From NCBI GenBank assembly GCA_017618275.1, contig JAFZUS010000111.1, forward strand, positions 39,573-103,572: 64,000 bases of DNA, given 5' to 3'. Of the stretch, positions 1-8,300 are shown in pieces. Both the position numbers and the translations under genes were made by a program. Position 1 is the first letter of the stretch; every line of letters starts with the position of its first letter. Source of the DNA: Prevotella sp. GTDB taxonomy: Bacteria > Bacteroidota > Bacteroidia > Bacteroidales > Bacteroidaceae. The notes under the pieces are model-generated. The model was given only the letters and a program-made list of their open reading frames with translations. It had not been told where the DNA came from and ran no database searches.

Positions 1-1248
1 GCAGAAACAGGACGGCTTTTGCGGACTATGAGTGGACACAATTCAATTGTCAACTATGCGGCCTTCAGTAAAAACGGGAAACAAATATTATCCAGTTCAT
101 CGGACAATAACGTAAAAGTATGGGATGCCGAATCTGGACAATTAATCCGAACCTTGGAGGGCCACCATAAACCTGTGATTGAAACAACATATAGTCCCGA
201 TGGGAAATACATTCTGTCAGTATCTACAGATGAAACCCTAAGATTATGGGCTGCAGAACCAAGACAAGAGAAACAAACATTGGAAGGGCACTCTGATGCT
301 GTTAACTATGCGACATACAGCCCTGATGGTGAATATATTGTTTCTTGTTCAGAAGACAATACCATCAAAATTTGGGAAAGCACATCAGGTCGAGTAATCC
401 GTACGATAACAGGACACACAGACGTCATAAACATGATTGCTTTCAGCCCTGATGGAAAGTATTTCGCTTCTGCTTCCGATGATGGAACCGTGATAATATG
501 GGATGCAAAATCATATCAGTTAATCCGCACATTGAATAGTGATTGCGGTGATGCCAATTGTGTAGTCTTTAGCCCTGATGGAAAATTGATTGCCTCGTCT
601 TATCAGGATAATACTGTTATAATATGGGATGCAAAAACTGGAAATAAACTCAAAACAATTGATGATTGTTTCTATGGTAATGTCAGTTTTGTTTCATTCA
701 GCCCTGACGGAAGTCTTATCGCGACAGTTTCCAATAATGGAAAGTTAAGACTCTTTAATGCAAATACTGGAAAAGAAAAACTTGAAGTTGACCTTCATCT
801 TTCCTATGACCCAGACTTTCTGACTGTTAATTCTTTGTCCTTCAGTCCAGATGGTAAATATATTCTAACTGCAGTTTATGATGGATCTGTACAAATCAGA
901 GACTCAAATACGGGGCCGTTGTACCACAATCTGGCACATAACAATACTGTTAATTCTGCTTTCTTTAGTCCGGACGGAAAACTCGTTGTTACTGCTTCTG
1001 ATGATGGTGCCGTGAGGATTTGGGATGTCTATTATGAACAAGAAATTATGTCCTTTGAAGGACATTCGGCACCAGTCCGATTGGCTTTATTCAGCCCCGA
1101 CGGAAGAAATGTCGTTTCTGCTTCCGATGACTACACCATACGCATTTGGGAATTTCCGTCACTCCAAGAACTTATCGACAAAACCCGCGAACGTGTTAAT
1201 GGCAGGCCATTAACACACGAAGAGAAAGTGCTATATAATATGGAATAA
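1..1248 (+). CDS. WD40-repeat beta-propeller protein, C-terminal part (5' end lies upstream of the window)
   Basis: Frame 1 is open from base 1 (AETGRLLRTMSGH...), so the TTG at 19 is probably not the real start. At least nine WD40 units show the recurring pattern GH..V....FSPDGK...S.S.D.T(V/I/L).(I/L)W(D/E). Stop codon at 1246-1248. Confidence 0.9.
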   Translation, partial: AETGRLLRTMSGHNSIVNYAAFSKNGKQILSSSSDNNVKVWDAESGQLIRTLEGHHKPVIETTYSPDGKYILSVSTDETLRLWAAEPRQEKQTLEGHSDAVNYATYSPDGEYIVSCSEDNTIKIWESTSGRVIRTITGHTDVINMIAFSPDGKYFASASDDGTVIIWDAKSYQLIRTLNSDCGDANCVVFSPDGKLIASSYQDNTVIIWDAKTGNKLKTIDDCFYGNVSFVSFSPDGSLIATVSNNGKLRLFNANTGKEKLEVDLHLSYDPDFLTVNSLSFSPDGKYILTAVYDGSVQIRDSNTGPLYHNLAHNNTVNSAFFSPDGKLVVTASDDGAVRIWDVYYEQEIMSFEGHSAPVRLALFSPDGRNVVSASDDYTIRIWEFPSLQELIDKTRERVNGRPLTHEEKVLYNME

Positions 1249-1303
1249 TAGCACGACCATTCTATCGAGTAAATTTCTTTTTTTGCATTATAAGTCCCGA
1301 TTG

Positions 1304-1336
1304 TAACTACTCATGTCATGGGGGGCTGAGTAGTTA
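1304..1336 (+). terminator. Possible hairpin downstream of the WD40 gene
   Basis: Perfect 10-bp inverted repeat taactactca (1304-1313) / tgagtagtta (1327-1336) with a 13-nt loop. There is no following T-run, so terminator function is uncertain. Confidence 0.3.
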
Positions 1337-1600
1337 TAATAGTTGTCTAATGTATTAATTAATGCAAATTATTGGGGCACGGTGATATTAATCGAAGTAA
1401 GATTTCCTCATTAAGATCAAAGACACCTGAAATGGTTCAGGTATAAACAATAAAATAGAAGATATATGAAACAGTTAAATGAATTAAAACATGAATAGTC
1501 TCTGAAAAAAGAACATTAGGTAGTAATTGAAGATGGCAAGAATCGCCAGTCTGCTTAAAGAATTCCTTTAAAATTTTATCAACAGTTAATTATTAAAATT

Positions 1601-1816
1601 ATGGTAACATTAAAAAACTGTCCAGCTCACGACTATAACCTGAGCATCATTTGCGAGTCTTATACTCCGATTTCAGCAGGCGAGGACATCGAGCCTGGAA
1701 CCCTTCACGCTGGTGAGGATATCGAACCTGGTACGCTCCATGCGGGTGAGGACATAGAGCCGGGTACACTTCATGCAGGTGAAGACATCGAGCCTGGAAC
1801 GCTCCATGCCGAGTAA
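1601..1816 (+). CDS. Small peptide with a 25-aa leader and four tandem AGEDIEPGTLH repeats
   Basis: ATG-to-TAA ORF. The four 33-nt units differ only at synonymous third-codon positions, which argues for real translation under purifying selection. A strong hairpin terminator follows directly. Confidence 0.75.
   Translation: MVTLKNCPAHDYNLSIICESYTPISAGEDIEPGTLHAGEDIEPGTLHAGEDIEPGTLHAGEDIEPGTLHAE
1676..1807 (+). repeat. 4 x 33-nt in-frame tandem repeat (each unit encodes AGEDIEPGTLH)
   Basis: Units: gcaggcgaggacatcgagcctggaacccttcac / gctggtgaggatatcgaacctggtacgctccat / gcgggtgaggacatagagccgggtacacttcat / gcaggtgaagacatcgagcctggaacgctccat. Confidence 0.95.
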
Positions 1817-1824
1817 GAACTAAG

Positions 1825-1866
1825 AGAGGTTGTGTGCATTAAAATAAGAGCACACAGCCTCTTTAT
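1825..1866 (+). terminator. Rho-independent-type terminator after the repeat-peptide ORF
   Basis: 13-bp stem agaggttgtgtgc (1825-1837) / gcacacagcctct (1850-1862) with one G-U pair and a 12-nt loop, followed by a T-rich tail (tttatt). Confidence 0.75.
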
Positions 1867-1913
1867 TACAAAAAGTACTTAATTATGTCACACGTACTAT
1901 ATAGGAGTCGATT

Positions 1914-2132
1914 ATGAGCAACATTCAACCAGGATCATTTTACCAATTGTCTTCAAGTCAGTCATCTGGTGATGATAAGTCTTCAATTTGGGGCGGCTTA
2001 ATATCATTTGGCATATCGGCATGTGTTTTCTTCTTCTATGCCTATGAGCAATTTGGTGTGTTTTGGGGGATTCTTTATTCTTTGTTTTGGTATTTTACAA
2101 TACCTGTTCATTATTTGTTAAGTTGTATTTAG
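1914..2132 (+). CDS. Small (72 aa) two-helix membrane protein
   Basis: Ser-rich polar N-terminus followed by two hydrophobic stretches (GGLISFGISACVFFFYAY and VFWGILYSLFWYFTIPVHYLL). I recognise no family. Confidence 0.5.
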   Translation: MSNIQPGSFYQLSSSQSSGDDKSSIWGGLISFGISACVFFFYAYEQFGVFWGILYSLFWYFTIPVHYLLSCI

Positions 2133-2178
2133 TATTACGTTGTCTCACCACAGATATTCTTCAACGTAGCCATTGAAG

Positions 2179-2203
2179 TTGGGGCTTTTCGGTCAAGCCC
2201 CAA
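2179..2203 (+). terminator. Hairpin downstream of the small membrane-protein ORF
   Basis: Perfect 9-bp stem ttggggctt / aagccccaa with a 7-nt loop. No T-run follows. Confidence 0.4.
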
Positions 2204-2269
2204 ATGAAGGAAAAACAATCGTTTTAATTTTTTTAAGACTAAAAGGATTGCATAATGAAATTATTTGCT

Positions 2270-2277
2270 TAAATTTG
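2270..2277 (+). promoter_or_regulatory. Bacteroidota -7 promoter box (TAAATTTG)
   Basis: Matches the TAnnTTTG consensus of Bacteroides primary-sigma promoters, 87 nt upstream of the ATG at 2364. Confidence 0.5.
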
Positions 2278-2363
2278 CAATCGATTCACAGAGTTTTGTG
2301 CTCAAAGTGAAATAACCCAAAACATACCGATTCTCGATATTCTAATAACTCAAACATAGACGA

Positions 2364-5303
2364 ATGAAAAAGAATACTACCAAATGCAAAGTCATTAGAA
2401 TGACCATTCTTGCCATTGTGTCATTATTAGTCGTTATTGGCCCTACATATTATATAAGAAATGTAAAAGGGTCTGTTCCAACAACGCGTTTGGAATCCTT
2501 CCTGAATCAAAGCCTCCCCAAACCCATAAAAACACATATAGCCAACAAGGAACTGAAGACAGGCGAAGTAGATGAAAATCTAAAACGCATCGATGATGTG
2601 CTAATCGGACTTGACAAAATAAACTTACAGACTTCTCCTGGTGCAAATCAGTTGCGGCTTTTTCTTGAAAAGCCTTGGGCGATGGATTACTTGTTTATCG
2701 CATCCGTTGTTTGCCTATTCTTTATTTTTATCATTTCTATTTGGAGGACATTCCGACGGAAACTATATAACAAATGGTATTGGATAATGATACCGCTCAT
2801 AGTCCTACTGGCTTTTTTGGACATCTCGCACCACCTTGATGATGCGTCTAAGAATCAGGTTGACGACTTCTTTGTCTTTATTTGTTTCCTAAGTATTGGC
2901 GTAGCAGTCATCGCTATTGTTCAGATGCTCATTAAATTCTTAGATAAAAAATTCAGTAGTCAGATTCGTCTAGTGCGGAGGGAACATCGTCAGAATACAT
3001 TGTTGTGGGCTGCCATTGCCGGTTGGTCATTAGCCTACCTGTGCTTTTTCATAGGTATGTATGCGGCAGGAACGCAGAAGTCGGCACTTGCAGCCATTTT
3101 CCGTCCTGCCCTGTCTGCTTGCAAGATGTTTTTCCTTGCCGACAGCCCAGCCGATTTCTCTGCAGCATTGCGTCTGAGTGGAGGCTTTATGGGTTTCTAT
3201 ACCATTGTCAAGATTATTGTTTTAACCATTACCACCTCGACTCTGATTTCACTCATTTTTTATAGATGGAAGGCCTCTTTGGATATAAATTTTGAGCATG
3301 CAGAAGGGAAAAAACTCTATGTATTCTTTGGTATTACAAGGGTCGCACGAATCTTGGCAAAGGATATCCGAGCAAAAGAAGAAGAATCTGTTATTGTATT
3401 TGTAGAAAACCGCGAAGAAAAATCTAACCTATTCAATTCCGTTTCTTTTAGTAGCGTCTTGGGATTACTGCGCCATAGAGGTGGGGCTTATGAGATTGCT
3501 GATGAAGTTGATGCTCATCTCATTATTAGTAATGTCATGATGAGCAGTCCGGAATGCAGTGAGTTGCTTTCCAAAGACGCTCCCACATCAATACAGTTGA
3601 TGATGAATAATCTGGGATTGAAGCATTTTTATTGTTTGGCAAAAGATGCCAAAGAGACACATTGCTTCTTTATGTATGATGACCAAAATATCAATATCAG
3701 TGGCTCTTACAACCTTCGCAAGTTTTTGAACAAGTCATTTTATGATTCTGATAAGAAATTCAAGATTCATTGTTGGGCAAGGCCGAGTGCCAAGACTCAG
3801 ATGCTAGAGATTCCTGAAGAAGAAACGTCTGTGTGGCTGTACCAAAAGACTATTAAAGAAAAAGTCATTCAATGTTATCATCGTCTTTCAGAATATTTAC
3901 AAACTTTGTATAAAAAATTATGTTGTCCAAAACAAAAAGACCACAAACAGGAACAGAAAGTGGTGAGTTCACCCAAATATGATACAGAAATAGAAATCCT
4001 TGATAGTTCACATTTGTCCGTACAGTTGCTTATGCAGAATCCAGAATGTCATCCAATACGCTTTGTGGATGTAGACACTGATACTGCAACTGTTAAAAAC
4101 CGGTTTGAGGCATTAATCATCGGCTTTGGTGAGACAGGCCAGGATACCCTTAAGTTCCTTTATGAATTTGGAGCATTTATGCACCACGAGTGTTCTGAAA
4201 ATGATTCAGAAGAAACGGCAAGAACTGCAATCACTGTTCGTTCTCCTTTTCATTGTGATGTGATAGATAGTAATATGAGTATGTTAAAGGCAGAGTTCAT
4301 GCATAATGCCCCAGCTGTAGCCAATGCGTTTAATATGCAGAAAAAAAGTGGCAAGTGGAAACCCAATTTAGAAGATCCGCTTGTGTCGTTTCATCAGGCA
4401 AAATACAACAGCCAAGAGTTTATTGACCTTATAGAAGAACGTATCACGAAAGTCAATTATATTGTTTTGGCATTAGGTAGTGACGAATTAAACCTCACGG
4501 TACTCAATGACTTGATGGAAATCGCTGTCAGAAAACGTGAAAAGGGCTATTTGGGAGAACTTACGATTTTTGTCCGCAGTTATCTGTATAGCAATAATGA
4601 AGCTATGAAACAAATGGCATCTTATTACAACAATTTGGGATACGGTGATGAAAATATTAAACGTATAAAGCGTGAACATGTAATCATCTTTGGCGAGGAA
4701 CACCAACTGTTTTCCTTTAAGAACATCATTAGGGATGAAATTGTATCTCATGCAAAAGAATACTTTAGAAGATATGAAGAACTGCGGACAAATAAGGAGA
4801 AAAATAAAGACATATGGGATAAACGCCATAATAACTATAAAATTTTGTCATGGGAAATAAGAAAGAAAGTAAAGCGTCAGGAACAGCAGGACATAAATAA
4901 TTCCCTACATGCAAAGACAAAGTATCGACTCATATCCAATCACGATATTCCTGTCTTGTTTAAGGAAATTGCTGATGCTATTATTTTTGAAGAAGGTGGT
5001 AAACCCATACAATTTAGTACAAGCGATATAGCCATAAAAAGAATATGTACGAACCTAGCACGTACGGAACATTTGCGTTGGAATGCCTCACATGAAATGT
5101 CAGGTTATATTATGAACGAGAGTACTGGTTGCAATGAAATGAACAAGACCCATAATTGTTTGGTTCCGTGGGAAATTCTACCTAAGGTTACAAGTACTCA
5201 CAACAAAGCAGAAGACCAAAAGAAACCTGAAGAAGAAAAATACTATGTAGACTATCAGGCCTACGACTATCTGGTGGTAAAAACTACGTTTGATTATGTT
5301 TGA
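2364..5303 (+). CDS. Polytopic membrane protein with two Rossmann-like (TrkA-N/RCK-like) modules and a C-terminal RyR-like domain
   Basis: About six hydrophobic helices in aa 10-300 (LFIASVVCLFFIFIISIW, WIMIPLIVLLAFL, FFVFICFLSIGVAVIAIVQMLI, LLWAAIAGWSLAYLCFFIGMYAA, YTIVKIIVLTITTSTLISLIFY). Glycine-loop segments LYVFFGITRVARILAKD and ALIIGFGETGQDTLKFL. The C-terminus (nt ~5040-5300), ARTEHLRWNASHEMSGY..KTHNCLVPWEILP..EEEKYY, aligns by eye with the two stand-alone RyR-domain genes downstream. Confidence 0.7.
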   Translation: MKKNTTKCKVIRMTILAIVSLLVVIGPTYYIRNVKGSVPTTRLESFLNQSLPKPIKTHIANKELKTGEVDENLKRIDDVLIGLDKINLQTSPGANQLRLFLEKPWAMDYLFIASVVCLFFIFIISIWRTFRRKLYNKWYWIMIPLIVLLAFLDISHHLDDASKNQVDDFFVFICFLSIGVAVIAIVQMLIKFLDKKFSSQIRLVRREHRQNTLLWAAIAGWSLAYLCFFIGMYAAGTQKSALAAIFRPALSACKMFFLADSPADFSAALRLSGGFMGFYTIVKIIVLTITTSTLISLIFYRWKASLDINFEHAEGKKLYVFFGITRVARILAKDIRAKEEESVIVFVENREEKSNLFNSVSFSSVLGLLRHRGGAYEIADEVDAHLIISNVMMSSPECSELLSKDAPTSIQLMMNNLGLKHFYCLAKDAKETHCFFMYDDQNINISGSYNLRKFLNKSFYDSDKKFKIHCWARPSAKTQMLEIPEEETSVWLYQKTIKEKVIQCYHRLSEYLQTLYKKLCCPKQKDHKQEQKVVSSPKYDTEIEILDSSHLSVQLLMQNPECHPIRFVDVDTDTATVKNRFEALIIGFGETGQDTLKFLYEFGAFMHHECSENDSEETARTAITVRSPFHCDVIDSNMSMLKAEFMHNAPAVANAFNMQKKSGKWKPNLEDPLVSFHQAKYNSQEFIDLIEERITKVNYIVLALGSDELNLTVLNDLMEIAVRKREKGYLGELTIFVRSYLYSNNEAMKQMASYYNNLGYGDENIKRIKREHVIIFGEEHQLFSFKNIIRDEIVSHAKEYFRRYEELRTNKEKNKDIWDKRHNNYKILSWEIRKKVKRQEQQDINNSLHAKTKYRLISNHDIPVLFKEIADAIIFEEGGKPIQFSTSDIAIKRICTNLARTEHLRWNASHEMSGYIMNESTGCNEMNKTHNCLVPWEILPKVTSTHNKAEDQKKPEEEKYYVDYQAYDYLVVKTTFDYV

Positions 5304-5393
5304 ATGCTCATAATATAATTATAATGTCTGAGCCTGTATGCAATAGTAGGTAGTAGCCATGTTTGTGGTATAGCAATATTCATTTGACACATT

Positions 5394-8300
5394 ATGACAA
5401 GTCGTAAAAATGATCGCTTTGAAAGAAATCTCATTGAAAATCGTGAGGTGCGTATATTCTTGTCCTCAACTTTTTCAGACATGGACCCAGAGCGTTCAGC
5501 GCTAGTAAAGGTATTCAACCAACTAAAGTTAAAGGCCAATCGTCGCAATGTTGGTCTTTCGTTACTTGATCTACGTTGGGGGGTAACTGATGAAGAGGCG
5601 CGAACAGGAAAAGTGCTTTCCGTTTGCTTGAATGAGATTGAGAACTCTCATCCGTTTTTCATTGGTCTACTAGGTAGTCGTTATGGTTATTCTCCTGATG
5701 CTATGGAAATTGAGAGGAATCCGGAACTGAAGGAACGGTATCCATGGCTCTCTCAAGATATTGAGCAAGGGTTGAGTATTACGGAGATGGAGATGCAGTA
5801 TGGAGCACTGCGAAATGAAAAGGGTGTTGAAGCTGCCTTTTTTATCAAGCATATCCCTAATATGCAACCTGATGATAATGAAAAACTAACTAAGCTGAAA
5901 AAAAAGATACGCGAACAGCATCGTTTCCCTGTGGCCGATTATTGCTCAATTGACGATCTTTGCCTGCAAGTTGAAAAAGTTGTAGATGGTTTGTTGGACA
6001 AGTATTTCAAAGAAGCCGATGAAACTCGTCATGGATGTATGCGGAATATCCAGCGCGCTTTTATGAATAGTCGACACAAACTCTATATACCTAGAAAAGA
6101 GGACTTTGAGCGCTTAAATCAATTCCTTAACAGTAAGGAACAATATCTTTTAGTGACAGGTCAAAGTGGTATAGGGAAAAGTGCATTAATCGCTAACTGG
6201 CTGAAAGAGCTAGAATGTAAAAAACACAAGCAACCTTGTAACATTATATACCACTTTTTAGGAAACACGTTCGGCAGTAACTCCTACGAGGAAGTGCTAC
6301 TTCATATCTGTGATGAGTTAGTCTCTCAACACTATTGTCGTGAAACCATTTTGGAAGATTATGAAAGTCTGGAAGATAGAGTTCAAAGATATATGTCGAT
6401 AGCTGTTAAGAAGGGTAAGCCTATCTTAGTTGTAATCGATGGCGTTAATCAGATATCAAATTATAATCAAAGTTTTCCTTTCGACTGGTTACCACAGCCA
6501 CATCCAAAGATAAAATATCTTTTTTCTTCAGTTGAGGATGACGAAATAACAAAGGCCTTCCATTACCATAAATACCCAATATATGTCTTAAAACCGTTTA
6601 ACATCGATCAGAAATATGAATTTATCTCAGAGTATCTTTCTCTTGTAGGTAAAAAACTCAATGAGGGCCAATATAATCGTATTATACATAGTCCAATAAC
6701 AAATAACGCATTGGTATTAAGGTCACTACTTGACGAACTCATTTGTTTTGGATCTTATGAATACCTTGATGACCGAATTAATTATTATATCTCATCCAAT
6801 TCTGTAGCAGATTTTTTTGACCGCATTCTACAACGAATGGAAAAGGATTATGAGGGTGCACAACTTCTGTTAGCCGTACTCTCTGTTTCAGAACATGGAC
6901 TGTCAGAGAATGAACTTGTAGGGATTACAGGCATTAGTAATATTAATTTTCATATGTTCTATTGTGCATATACTACTCATATAACCAATTGTCGTGGATT
7001 ATATAATTTCTCTCACCAATATTTTAAATATGCGGTAATGTCTCGATATCTGAAAGACCAGTTAAGTACTGAATTATATCGTAAAAAGATAATTCGATTT
7101 TTCTCTGAGAACAAAGATATCAGTTATAGTCGTAGAATGCCAGAACTTGCTTTTCAATATTATTCACTGAAGGATTTGAAGAGTCTATACGGCATCGTCT
7201 TGAATGATTATGCTTTCATGACTTTCTGTTCTACGACAGAAGGTAAAAGCCAATTGGCTCTATATTGGAAAGAATTGAAAGAGTCAGATCCAACCAAATA
7301 TCATTTCTCTGACTATTTAAATCTTTCTCATAAGATGAGTTTTTTTAGGAGAAGACCCTATTTGGAGATGGCCTCCTTCTTTTGTGAGTTTTTTACAGAT
7401 TACAAGACATCATTGAAATACGCTAAAGAATATCTTGCAATTGAAAAATCGGAAAAAGGGCAAGACTGGGATCGCATTGCGAAAGGACTTGTCCGGATTG
7501 GAATATATTACAAAGAACTACATAACTATGAGAAAGCTTTAGAAAATTTCTTTAAATTATTAAAAGACTATGAAAAAATTGTATTATACGATATTCATAC
7601 AATATACGAAGAAATGGATGATAATGATTTCTTTATGGAAGAAGAACTTCAGGATTATATTCTTGATTCGTATATCAATATTGGAGAAATATATTATTTA
7701 CAAGACAATATTAATAAAGCACAAGAATTTTTCCTTAAAGCATTAAAAGTTAGCAAGAGGATTTTTTTTGATAAGAATCATCCGTGGATTGCGTCTTGTT
7801 GTTGTTATGTCGGTAGGACACATGAAATAATGGGGAACTGTGATAAGGCAATCAGGAACTATCATAAAGCTCTTAGTATTTTTAAGAAACTATATGGTGA
7901 TTTTCATATAGAAACTGCTAATTGCTATTTTAGAACAGGCAAAACTTATGCACTTCAGAAAAACTATGATAAAGCTTTACTATACTACTTTAAAGTTGTT
8001 GATATATACAAACTTATCTATGGAAATAGCAATGCCCAAATTGCTAATTGTTATTTTTCTATTGGTAGCGTTTATGAATGTCGAAAAAACTACGATGAGG
8101 CTTTAGATTACTATTTAAGAGCTTTGGAACTCCGTAAAAAGACGGTAGGTAATAAGCATATAGCTACCGCTGTCACCTACACTCATATTGGTTATATATA
8201 TGAAAAAACTAATGAATATACAAAAGCTCTTGAGAGCCATATTAACGCCTTAAATTTTTATAAAATAAAATATGGAATCAATCACATAAAAACAGCTTAT

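Noticed and set aside
2364-3300. Calling the 979-aa protein a potassium channel
   Set aside because: I saw no TVGYG-like selectivity filter or clear pore-helix signature, so only the generic layout (transmembrane domain plus Rossmann-like modules) is reported.
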